Positions 55,139 through 62,793 are shown, numbered from the stretch's first letter. The stretch is DNA of 64,000 nucleotides from an uncultured virus (IMG/VR IMGVR_UViG_3300044675_001378) (IMGVR_UViG_3300044675_001378); one strand, 5' to 3'. Numbers and translations: made by a program. Notes: a model not told the origin generated them from the letters alone.

Positions 55139-55313
55139 GTGTTCTTCTCCTTGGTTCAGGGTCACGCCAGATGTCCGGTGTTGCCCATGCAAACAGGCAG
55201 TGCCACATGGTTGCGGACTTGTTCCCAAAGCGGCCGTAGAAAAGTTTGGCAAGGTCAAGCTGGTTCTCACGCTCTTGCAGCCACCATTCACGGGCGGTTG
55301 TAGGTCTGGTCAT
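55119..55313 (-). CDS. hypothetical protein (64 aa)
   Basis: GGAGAACACATG start. Confidence 0.6.
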   Translation of the reverse strand: MTRPTTAREWWLQERENQLDLAKLFYGRFGNKSATMWHCLFAWATPDIWRDPEPRRRTLEMPNL

Positions 55314-55492
55314 GTGTTCTCCTCTTCGGGCCATGAGTTGGCGTTCAGCACGGCTGAAAGAATTTTGGCGTCCAGCTTTTCTCCGTGCTCTTCTTCGTAC
55401 CAGCGCATAGTTTGACCAAGCCAGATTAAACGGTTGAGCGTTTCCTCTACGGACAATCCAAACTGCTCGTTCAGTGGCTTCTGTTTTTTCAT
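55310..55492 (-). CDS. hypothetical protein (60 aa)
   Basis: ATGA-coupled array. Confidence 0.65.
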   Translation of the reverse strand: MKKQKPLNEQFGLSVEETLNRLIWLGQTMRWYEEEHGEKLDAKILSAVLNANSWPEEENT

Positions 55493-55755
55493 GTGCTCTC
55501 CATAATTTTTTCAAGCAACGCAGCTTCGTTTTGTCTCCACTGCGGCACTACATTCGGGTCATACAACATGTAGTGGTCGTACATCTTGAGCATGGTCTCG
55601 CGGTCAATGTAATAGTCGCGCGTCACAGCCAACTCAAAAATGTCTCTTGCAAGCCTACGCATCGCATTCTTGTGGAGATGGTCATCTCTGTCCCACTCAG
55701 ACTTCAGTTTGGCTTGCCAGTTCAGGTCGTTACCGTTTCTGCGTAGCACTCTCAT
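55489..55755 (-). CDS. hypothetical protein (88 aa)
   Basis: ATGA-coupled; MRVLRRNG. Confidence 0.65.
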   Translation of the reverse strand: MRVLRRNGNDLNWQAKLKSEWDRDDHLHKNAMRRLARDIFELAVTRDYYIDRETMLKMYDHYMLYDPNVVPQWRQNEAALLEKIMEST

Positions 55756-55931
55756 GTGTTCAACTCCCTCAACATGGCTTGCACCGCCTTTGCAAACACC
55801 ACTTGTCCCCAAGGCATAGGCGCACCTCGGTGTTCCGCTACCACCTCGTAGTAGATCGCTTCTAGTTGTGAATCACTCAGGTTTACCCACGGCTTCTTGT
55901 AGACCTGTGTGTCATCGTCATCGTCAATCAT
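55752..55931 (-). CDS. hypothetical protein (59 aa, KPWVNLSD...)
   Basis: not in track; ATGA-coupled on both sides. Confidence 0.6.
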   Translation of the reverse strand: MIDDDDDTQVYKKPWVNLSDSQLEAIYYEVVAEHRGAPMPWGQVVFAKAVQAMLRELNT

Positions 55932-56089
55932 TTCTTCTTCTCCTTGGGCTGCGTTTCTTTAAATTGTTCGCACGTCCCCTCTGGCGTAAGCGACTTGACG
56001 CAGGGCTTTTCGATGACGGCGCACATCAGAATGACGGTGTGCTTGGTGCGTTGTTTTTGTAAATAAATACATTTCAGGCATGGCTTCAT
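55928..56089 (-). CDS. Cys-rich hypothetical protein (53 aa)
   Basis: not in track; AGGAGAAGAACACATG start. Confidence 0.55.
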   Translation of the reverse strand: MKPCLKCIYLQKQRTKHTVILMCAVIEKPCVKSLTPEGTCEQFKETQPKEKKK

Positions 56090-56394
56090 GTGTTCTTCTC
56101 CTTGAGTTCGGCTTCAATGGCTCGGTCAATTGCTTCATCCAAGTTCGGGCCGCGAATGTCTCGCAGACTCATGTGCCAGTAATGATTGCCACCCATGTCC
56201 AGCGACATTGCACGGGCCATACCCTTGATGTGTTGGTAGCGTGCAGCATCCTTCTGCGCTGGCTGTGCCAAGGCTGCTTTAATGGCATCAATTGCAACAA
56301 AGCCCGCTTCACGCTCGGGGTCAGTCCAGACAAACTTCATTCCGTTTTCCAGCGCCTCCAGCGCCAGCTTCAGTGCTTCTGTTTCTTTGGTCAT
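56086..56394 (-). CDS. hypothetical protein (EALKLALEAL / DAARY / LDEAID motifs)
   Basis: 102 aa, coupled. Confidence 0.7.
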   Translation of the reverse strand: MTKETEALKLALEALENGMKFVWTDPEREAGFVAIDAIKAALAQPAQKDAARYQHIKGMARAMSLDMGGNHYWHMSLRDIRGPNLDEAIDRAIEAELKEKNT

Positions 56395-56522
56395 ATCCAC
56401 CCCAATCCTTGGCAAGCAGCCGCAATAAGAAAGACGCAGCCAACAGTAATGCAGTAAACCCTGTCACAGTGTGGAGCTATCCAGATGATTCCCGTCAATA
56501 TCAGAAGTTGAGGGTCAGTCAT
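56391..56522 (-). CDS. small membrane protein (43 aa)
   Basis: not in track; two hydrophobic stretches; GGAGG RBS. Confidence 0.5.
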   Translation of the reverse strand: MTDPQLLILTGIIWIAPHCDRVYCITVGCVFLIAAACQGLGWI

Positions 56523-56673
56523 GCTCGTCCTCCTTTGCTTCATCAATCAGTTGCTGTTTAACAAACTCCAAGCAGCCAACCACGGTTGCCGAGTACAGGG
56601 TGTCATCGTATTTGTGGATTGTGTTGAGCAAGTCCTCCACAAAGCTGTCTATAAGTTTCTTTTGGTCAGTCAT
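56515..56673 (-). CDS. hypothetical protein (52 aa)
   Basis: not in track; MTDQKKLID...VGCLEFVK. Confidence 0.6.
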   Translation of the reverse strand: MTDQKKLIDSFVEDLLNTIHKYDDTLYSATVVGCLEFVKQQLIDEAKEDEHD

Positions 56674-56894
56674 GCTTGTCCCCTTGCTCGGATTGCTTCG
56701 GCAATGAACTCGCTCACGGCATCGTCAGGGATAAACAAACTCTCAATTAACTGAGCACACGCCTCACGCTCATCAGCACGGACAAGCTCAATGAGCTTTG
56801 GCAAGTTCACATACCCGTCCCAGTCGTTCTCTACCCACGCTTGTCGAGCGAACTCTCTGTCTGCTTCGCTCATGTCTTTCATGCGCTTGTTCAT
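56670..56894 (-). CDS. EREACA/IRARG family paralog 3
   Basis: LVRADEREACA...AIRARGQA. Confidence 0.7.
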   Translation of the reverse strand: MNKRMKDMSEADREFARQAWVENDWDGYVNLPKLIELVRADEREACAQLIESLFIPDDAVSEFIAEAIRARGQA

Positions 56895-57091
56895 GTGTTC
56901 CCCCTCGCTCGAATGGCTTTGCCTACACCTAAATTTGTCCCTTCACACCCCTCTATGTATTCGTCAGCCAGCTTCGCACACGCCTCACGCTCTGCTGCTG
57001 CGACAAGGGCGGCAAACTTAAACATAGATTCGGCTGTTTCAAAACTTGCATTCGCCTCACGCGCCATGCGGATGATGTCTTCTTGTGTCAT
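56891..57091 (-). CDS. EREACA/IRARG family paralog 2
   Basis: IIRMAREA..LVAAAEREACA...AIRARGNT. Confidence 0.7.
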   Translation of the reverse strand: MTQEDIIRMAREANASFETAESMFKFAALVAAAEREACAKLADEYIEGCEGTNLGVGKAIRARGNT

Positions 57092-57309
57092 GTGTTCCCC
57101 CTTGCTCGGATGGATTCTGCACAAGCTAACTCAGGTCGGTCGCCATAATAATCTTCCAAACTGTTAATTCCCTCGCAGTGTTTTGCACACTCTTCACGCT
57201 CATCAGCACGGACAAGGGCTTCAAAGCGCTTGAGAAACGGCAACAGGCTGTATTCGTCATCAATCACAACCATGCCAGCCTCACGGGCCATCTCAATGAT
57301 TGTTTTCAT
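57088..57309 (-). CDS. EREACA/IRARG family paralog 1
   Basis: IIEMAREA..LVRADEREECA...SIRARGNT. Confidence 0.7.
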   Translation of the reverse strand: MKTIIEMAREAGMVVIDDEYSLLPFLKRFEALVRADEREECAKHCEGINSLEDYYGDRPELACAESIRARGNT

Positions 57310-57467
57310 GCGTCCACCCACTTCCAGCCCAGCACCAGACGCACACCCATGCGGTGAATCCAGAGGGGTTTTTTGGTCAGGTTGAAGGTAATTTCGCCCA
57401 TGCGGTAGCCGCCAACATATTTGGGGGAGGTAAGCATCTTGAGCATTTCTGTGTCGTATATCGTCAT
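57306..57467 (-). CDS. hypothetical protein (53 aa, KPLWIHR..LGWKW)
   Basis: coupled ORF. Confidence 0.6.
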   Translation of the reverse strand: MTIYDTEMLKMLTSPKYVGGYRMGEITFNLTKKPLWIHRMGVRLVLGWKWVDA

Positions 57468-57727
57468 ATCAGCAGACTCCAAATCCAAGCGCCAGTAAAG
57501 AACAGTCCAAGGCAGATCACTGCCAGCACTGTAAAAATAGACCAAAGCATGAACGCTCCAATCCTGTGCCATGTTTCTGGCACTGGGTCGATGTCGGCGG
57601 GTACGACGGGATACGGCTTGACCTTGCGCGTCTCTGGCTCAAGCTCTGCCGTGGTGAAGTGGCAGTCCATGCCGCAAGTCGGCTGGCGTGGGCATTCACG
57701 ATAACCCGTGTCGCACATCCTTGTCAT
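57464..57727 (-). CDS. membrane protein with Cys-rich N-terminus
   Basis: 87 aa; C-terminal TM helix. Confidence 0.65.
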   Translation of the reverse strand: MTRMCDTGYRECPRQPTCGMDCHFTTAELEPETRKVKPYPVVPADIDPVPETWHRIGAFMLWSIFTVLAVICLGLFFTGAWIWSLLI

Positions 57728-57930
57728 GCTGCCTCCTCGGTCTTGCCCAAGTACGCCTTCAGGCGCTTGACTCGTTGCTTGTTGTAAGTCACCAGCGCTT
57801 GTGCATATTCGACCCCTGATTCAGCCTTCAACAATTCATGCTCGGCGTGCATCAACTCGTGCGTAACGGCTTGTGTCGGCGTCACGGTCTTGAGCATCAA
57901 CCTCAATTCGGTCCACATATATTTCCACAT
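57724..57930 (-). CDS. coiled-coil hypothetical protein (68 aa)
   Basis: GGAGG RBS; MWKYMWTEL. Confidence 0.7.
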   Translation of the reverse strand: MWKYMWTELRLMLKTVTPTQAVTHELMHAEHELLKAESGVEYAQALVTYNKQRVKRLKAYLGKTEEAA

Positions 57931-57931
57931 A

Positions 57932-58552
57932 TCAACCTCCAAACATTGTTTGCAATTCGCGGTACAGCATGTGCGCTTCCTTGATACTGAGCGTCTCCAA
58001 CACCTGCTTGGCCGTGAGAAGTGTCGGCGCGGGGGCAGCTTGGGCATGGGACGCGTTGAGCGTAGCTATCCCTGCGCGTATCCCGTTTTGCTTCTTGATG
58101 GCCGCGATGTCGATGTTCACTTTCGCTGGTTGGCGTGGCGGTGGGTCTGCTTTGGTGGGGGCTTTCGTATTGGCCAGCTTCTTTCTCAGCAACGCTCCCA
58201 TGTTGCGTATGGTGGCCGTTGCCTTCAGTGGACGGAACTCTGGAATGAGCGCCGTCAGCTTGCCGTCCTTGTCTCTGCTCAAGTGTCCTTGCCTAATCAT
58301 CTGCGTGTACAGCGAGGTCAGCGAGCTTTTCTTGAACCCTTGCTTCTCCAGCGCTTGCACGGCTTGCGTTGCGGTTGTGTAGGGGTTGTCTCTGACATAG
58401 TTGAACGATGCTTGCGACACCCCCACTGTGGGTTGGAAGTAGTGCCTTTGCTTGGCGGATGCAGCTTGCTCCTGAGAAGATGTTGATAGGGGAGTCTCGG
58501 CTTTTTCCCACTCGTTCAGCACGGCATGCAGTGCGGTCTTCATATCTGGCAT
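57932..58552 (-). CDS. putative winged-helix DNA-binding protein
   Basis: 206 aa; FNYVRDNP..T..L...GFKKSS..SL..QMIRQG. Confidence 0.65.
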   Translation of the reverse strand: MPDMKTALHAVLNEWEKAETPLSTSSQEQAASAKQRHYFQPTVGVSQASFNYVRDNPYTTATQAVQALEKQGFKKSSLTSLYTQMIRQGHLSRDKDGKLTALIPEFRPLKATATIRNMGALLRKKLANTKAPTKADPPPRQPAKVNIDIAAIKKQNGIRAGIATLNASHAQAAPAPTLLTAKQVLETLSIKEAHMLYRELQTMFGG

Positions 58553-58580
58553 TGTTTTCTCCTTGATTGAAATCGGGTAT

Positions 58581-58596
58581 TGTCCACTATTAGACA
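58581..58596. promoter_or_regulatory. TGTCYA-N4-TRGACA palindrome site 3
   Basis: tgtccactattagaca upstream of 57932..58552. Confidence 0.55.
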
Positions 58597-58636
58597 TGTT
58601 AGTGTTCACTCTTTTTTGTAAGGGGTTTCCCCCCCC

Positions 58637-58729
58637 TCATAACGGCCTCCAGTAAAGTAAATCAAGCGCTACTACGATAAGCGCGAGTAGGAACACTACC
58701 CGCGTGATGGTGTCTCCTCTGTCAAACAT
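58637..58729 (-). CDS. 30-aa single-TM microprotein
   Basis: not in track; GGAGGAG RBS; MFDRGDTITRVVFLLALIVVALDLLYWRPL. Confidence 0.55.
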   Translation of the reverse strand: MFDRGDTITRVVFLLALIVVALDLLYWRPL

Positions 58730-59015
58730 TCAGCTCCTCCGGTATCTCAATGTCATTGCCAAGTCGGCTTGCTACATAACAGCGCATGGCTGCGATCAGG
58801 GGTGTTGGGCCGGGGTGTTCGATCACGCCACGCCATGCAACCCAGCGTGTGAGGTGCCAAGCTGTTGCGATCTTCTCCCGCTCAATGATCGGGCCGCCTT
58901 GCTCCCAAGAGCTTGAGTACCAGTCCCAATTTTCTTGTCGCACGATGATCTCTACACCCTCACACTTCGCCACTGCCCAATCAAGGGCGGCACCTGTCAG
59001 TTCATCTGTTTTCAT
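58722..59015 (-). CDS. NinX/DUF2591 family protein
   Basis: LTGAALDWAVA, YSSSWEQGGPIIERE, GPTPLIAAMRCYVASRLG. Confidence 0.8.
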   Translation of the reverse strand: MKTDELTGAALDWAVAKCEGVEIIVRQENWDWYSSSWEQGGPIIEREKIATAWHLTRWVAWRGVIEHPGPTPLIAAMRCYVASRLGNDIEIPEELNV

Positions 59016-59281
59016 TTGTCTTCTCCTTGGTCGATATAGATGTTGTCGGCCACTGGCCCGATGCGGGTGCGGTGCTTGACCTCGCAGTTGCTGTTCATCA
59101 TCCAGCAAGCTGTCTCGATGGCATCGCGCACATCCTCCATGATGGAAAACCCAGCGCCATGCCGAGGCTCGTCAACACTGAACACTGTGGTTATGTAAAC
59201 TCCTCCGAACTTCCAAGCCTGCTCCCAACTGTCGTAGTTGCTGGCGTTGTACATCTCAATGAACGTGTGTTTCTCAGTCAT
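59012..59281 (-). CDS. hypothetical protein (89 aa) flanked by 28-bp direct repeats
   Basis: AGGAGAAAGCAAATG start. Confidence 0.7.
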   Translation of the reverse strand: MTEKHTFIEMYNASNYDSWEQAWKFGGVYITTVFSVDEPRHGAGFSIMEDVRDAIETACWMMNSNCEVKHRTRIGPVADNIYIDQGEDK

Positions 59282-59448
59282 TTGCTTTCTCCTTGGTCGA
59301 TGTAGTGCTTGATGCGCCAGAGCATCTCTTGCATGCCTTCCCATGCAACGCGACTAGGGGGCGTTCCGTCTATACCGCGCTGCACAGTGTTTAGCATCAC
59401 ATCGACGTACGTTTCGATCACGCCTTTGGATATGGTTATCTTGATCAT
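59278..59448 (-). CDS. hypothetical protein (56 aa)
   Basis: not in track; GGAGAAGTAAATG start; ends HYIDQGESK. Confidence 0.65.
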   Translation of the reverse strand: MIKITISKGVIETYVDVMLNTVQRGIDGTPPSRVAWEGMQEMLWRIKHYIDQGESK

Positions 59449-59691
59449 TTACTTCTCCCATTTAAGGGTTGTGCCGCTGCCGCTGTAGTTGCAGAGGTCG
59501 TAGTTGGTCATGACTAGCTGCGTAAGGGTGTAGGGGTCTATGTCCCGCCCACTCAAATAGTGGCCCAATAGTATCGAGCCGTTGATGTGTCGGCTCAGGT
59601 CAGAGAACATAACCTCCTTCTCGTGTACTTCGGCAACCATGCGCTGCCCATGTTCGTCATACCCTCGGCCTGTGTTCCATTGATGTTTCAT
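59449..59691 (-). CDS. hypothetical protein (WNTGRGY..HGQRM)
   Basis: 80 aa after pseudoknot copy D. Confidence 0.75.
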   Translation of the reverse strand: MKHQWNTGRGYDEHGQRMVAEVHEKEVMFSDLSRHINGSILLGHYLSGRDIDPYTLTQLVMTNYDLCNYSGSGTTLKWEK

Positions 59692-59697
59692 TTACTT

Positions 59698-59736
59698 CTC
59701 CTTAAAGCGCAGCCTGAGTCGGCAGGCTGCAAACCG
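59698..59736 (-). ncRNA. leader pseudoknot element, copy D
   Basis: CGG-UUU-GCAGCCUG-CCGACU-CAGGCUGC-GCUUUAAGGAG. Confidence 0.6.
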
Positions 59737-59767
59737 TTTCCAACGGTGCAAACCGAAATGACACCCG

Positions 59768-60874
59768 TCAGACTTCGCAGTGAACTGTGTCGAACAGAGA
59801 CAGCAACACAGTATCGGCATCGTAGACAGCGCAGTCAGACATCGCACGCTGCAACACCTCGTCAGTGAGCATGCGCTTGTTGAGGAACTTGAGCGCCATC
59901 ATGGGGTCTTCTGGGTACGCCGCCTCTGCGATCATGTCGAGCAGGTCGTGATACATCCCACGCATGGCATCGCGCAGTGCGTCCTCCAGCATGTCGTTGT
60001 CCGTGTACCCGTAGGCGCTGGCGTCAGACCACTTGCCGTCCCATGAAGTCAGGCTGGTCGTGCTGTAGTAACTCTTCCAGTCCATCAGGGGCAGCTTCTC
60101 GATGACTGTCGGGTCACGCCCCACGGGCAGGGCATCCCACTTGATCTTGACGGCCGCAGCAGCCAGCGCTGTGAAGTGGAAGATGTCCAGAGTCTCGCGG
60201 TCTGAGTGCTCGTTGTCGTAGCCCACGCTGATGTTGGTGCATTCGGGGATGATGTCAACGAACTCGGCAGTGTCGGTGTACACACCTGTGTCATCGCCCA
60301 GATACATCAGCACGCCGTCAGCACACAGCTCACCGGACAGTGCGTCAGCGAACTCATCAGAGCAGCACCTGCCCCACCCCTGATGCGTGATAACGCTGTC
60401 GATGCCGCGCCTGTCGAACGCAATGGCACGATCAAAGCAGGCCAGCAACTCGGGGCTGTGGTCGGCAAGGTACTTAGCACCGATACCCCCGCGCTCCTCG
60501 CCCTGCGTGAAGATGTAGTACGCCGGTACACCAGCATGCAGCATGTGCATCAGCATCGCGCAACCCGCACCATCGTCAGCACCAAGGGGCGCACCATCGG
60601 CATACCACTTGCCTTGAGTCTTCCTGATCTTGTTGGCACCTGTCTCACGATGCACTGTGTCCACATGGGCTACGAACAGCGTGCGGTTGGTGTCGTCGAG
60701 TCGTGCGTCTACATGCAGGTTGCCCACCTTGTCATAGCTGACAGCGATGTGCTTGCGCTTGGGTATGTGTGAGTGCAGCCAGTCCGTGAACTCGATGACT
60801 GCGCGTGTGCCGTGTGGCCGCTTCATTGACAGGGCGCGTGATAGCGTCTTGCAGAGTATTGATTTCTTGTTCAT
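59768..60874 (-). CDS. M20/M28-family zinc peptidase/amidohydrolase
   Basis: AHVDTVH, LGADDGAG, GEERGGIG, AFDR, NISVGY.NEH. Confidence 0.8.
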   Translation of the reverse strand: MNKKSILCKTLSRALSMKRPHGTRAVIEFTDWLHSHIPKRKHIAVSYDKVGNLHVDARLDDTNRTLFVAHVDTVHRETGANKIRKTQGKWYADGAPLGADDGAGCAMLMHMLHAGVPAYYIFTQGEERGGIGAKYLADHSPELLACFDRAIAFDRRGIDSVITHQGWGRCCSDEFADALSGELCADGVLMYLGDDTGVYTDTAEFVDIIPECTNISVGYDNEHSDRETLDIFHFTALAAAAVKIKWDALPVGRDPTVIEKLPLMDWKSYYSTTSLTSWDGKWSDASAYGYTDNDMLEDALRDAMRGMYHDLLDMIAEAAYPEDPMMALKFLNKRMLTDEVLQRAMSDCAVYDADTVLLSLFDTVHCEV

Positions 60875-62328
60875 GTTGATTCCTTGATTGTTACTGTGGT
60901 TGGTTCAATGGACAGGCACGCATCCCGTACGGGGCATGGCTCGACTTCTTCTGGCTCGGGTACATAGTCCTCGTGGTACATGTTGCCGTCAATCTCGACA
61001 GGTGCATCGTCATCGTACAAGTAGAAGTTGCCCGACCCTTGGCACTCCCATGTCTCGTCAAGCAGCGCCCACTCGCCATCGTGTAGCTCTACGCAGTTAT
61101 CGCGCAGTTGGTAGTCGCCCACATGGTCACAGACAATCGCATCGTCATCGCAGTGATACCACTCGTCACCAACACTGACCGCATCATCCATCGAGCAGTA
61201 CTCGCCGTTCTCAAGCTCCACGATGCCGTTGTCACTGAGGTAGTCGCGGTCGTAGTAAGTGCCGTCAACCTCCACGGCGTCATCGTTGGGCACATAGTAG
61301 TCGTTGCCCCTGCGCCCAGTGACATGCGTGTACTCGTCGATGCAGCATTCGCCAACGACATGATCGTCGTATATACCTGTGCCGCGCTGCTCGTCCTCAC
61401 TGATGCGCTGGCCACAGTCCGCACAACTGCATGCGTTCTGCTCAGTCGCAGTGCCGTTTTGATTACTGCACTGCCAGTCACCACTGCTCGTGATGCGTAG
61501 ATACTGTCTGTATGTGCCGTCAGGCATGCGCTCGTTCTCAATGTCAACATCCTGCGTCCCGCCGTCGATGTAAGGAGCGATGAAGTCGCAGTCGCTGTGC
61601 CCGCTCTTGATGTACGCCAGCCGCTCCCCCTTCCATTCGTTGCGCTTCTCGTACCCCTGCGAATGTAGCCACTGATGCAGCTCGTCATCGGGTTGCGAGT
61701 ACCGCTCACCATCCTTGTGCCGATAGGTACGCACGAAGTACTTGGGGTTGCTCTCTAGGTTGTCCCGTTGCATGAGTAGCGCACGACCCACGATCTGATG
61801 CCCCAAGCGGCGGGTTGCCACATGCCAGCCGTAGCACGGCGCGTACACCTCGTAGGGATGCGCCCCGAGTTCATCAAGCTCGTTGCGATCTCCCTCCTCG
61901 TTCTCATCGAACTTCATACATGAGGCGGGGCCATGTTGCACAGCACGCACGATGGCCTCAGTGGTGCGCTCGATGTGAAAGCTAGCCGCTGTAGCGTACT
62001 TGGCTACGAAATCCCTTATGTGATGGTCTGCCATGCGCGGCCAGTGTTGCTTGATGTACTTGCCCAATGATGTCAGCGTCTGCCTGTCGGCCTCGCCTGC
62101 TCGCTCGTCCCGTGTGTAGGCAAGGCGGGTCACATCGGTCGTGGCCTCATGCGGCCACTCAAGCAGCAACTGTTGCCAGTCTTCGGGGTCGTGCATCTGG
62201 AACGCATCGGCCACTGCGGGGTGCAGTTCGAATCTGTTTTGCAAACTCTGATGCCACTGGCGCGAGTAGCGCACAACATCGGCGGCGTACATAAAGCACT
62301 TGGCCTTGGGGGAATATCCTAAGAACAT
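60871..62328 (-). CDS. large early protein with C-terminal Cys/acidic repeats
   Basis: 485 aa; SCM, GRALL, PYID; CADC and ~19-aa D/E/Y repeats. Confidence 0.8.
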   Translation of the reverse strand: MFLGYSPKAKCFMYAADVVRYSRQWHQSLQNRFELHPAVADAFQMHDPEDWQQLLLEWPHEATTDVTRLAYTRDERAGEADRQTLTSLGKYIKQHWPRMADHHIRDFVAKYATAASFHIERTTEAIVRAVQHGPASCMKFDENEEGDRNELDELGAHPYEVYAPCYGWHVATRRLGHQIVGRALLMQRDNLESNPKYFVRTYRHKDGERYSQPDDELHQWLHSQGYEKRNEWKGERLAYIKSGHSDCDFIAPYIDGGTQDVDIENERMPDGTYRQYLRITSSGDWQCSNQNGTATEQNACSCADCGQRISEDEQRGTGIYDDHVVGECCIDEYTHVTGRRGNDYYVPNDDAVEVDGTYYDRDYLSDNGIVELENGEYCSMDDAVSVGDEWYHCDDDAIVCDHVGDYQLRDNCVELHDGEWALLDETWECQGSGNFYLYDDDAPVEIDGNMYHEDYVPEPEEVEPCPVRDACLSIEPTTVTIKEST

Positions 62329-62355
62329 AAAAACTCCTTGATGTTTTACTTAACT

Positions 62356-62388
62356 GAAAGCGAGGGTGAGACAGCACCCTCATACTGT
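62356..62388 (-). ncRNA. leader pseudoknot element, copy E (divergent)
   Basis: ACAG-UAU-GAGGGUG-CUGUCU-CACCCUC-GCUUU; both stems covary. Confidence 0.6.
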
Positions 62389-62389
62389 T

Positions 62390-62405
62390 GGGGACAAATG
62401 TCCCC
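62390..62405. promoter_or_regulatory. GGGGA-palindrome site 7
   Basis: ggggacaaatgtcccc. Confidence 0.65.
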
Positions 62406-62407
62406 GT

Positions 62408-62620
62408 CTACTCCTTGCCTATGAGTTCATTGCGAAGCTCGTCCATTTGTGCGAGCACCTGCTCACGAGTGCCTTTGAACCCCATCTGTTTGAGCATGGA
62501 GTAGGCGCTCGGTGAGCGGCTGCGGGACATACCTTTCATCTCCAGCTTGAGCATGGAGCGCAGTGTGAGTAGTCGAGCGCCCTCGATCTGATTGGGTGTG
62601 CTGAGTGTTGTCATTGGCAA
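62408..62620 (-). CDS. hypothetical protein (LKLEMKGMSRS)
   Basis: ~68-70 aa; GGAGG RBS. Confidence 0.7.
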   Translation of the reverse strand: MPMTTLSTPNQIEGARLLTLRSMLKLEMKGMSRSRSPSAYSMLKQMGFKGTREQVLAQMDELRNELIGKE

Positions 62621-62793
62621 TCCTCCGGTACTTCATCGCCAAGGCCAAACGCCTCGGCCAACTCTTGAATGGTCTGGCGGTGTGCGTCCCAGTCGTGGAA
62701 ACTATCTGGACTGCCCCGCTGCTGGTAGTCCTGCAATGCGCCGCACAGGTCAGCGAGGGCGCAGCGTGCTGCGAAAGTTTGGTTCTCTGTCAT
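62611..62793 (-). CDS. hypothetical protein (60 aa)
   Basis: AGGAGAAGGCAAATG start. Confidence 0.7.
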   Translation of the reverse strand: MTENQTFAARCALADLCGALQDYQQRGSPDSFHDWDAHRQTIQELAEAFGLGDEVPEDCQ

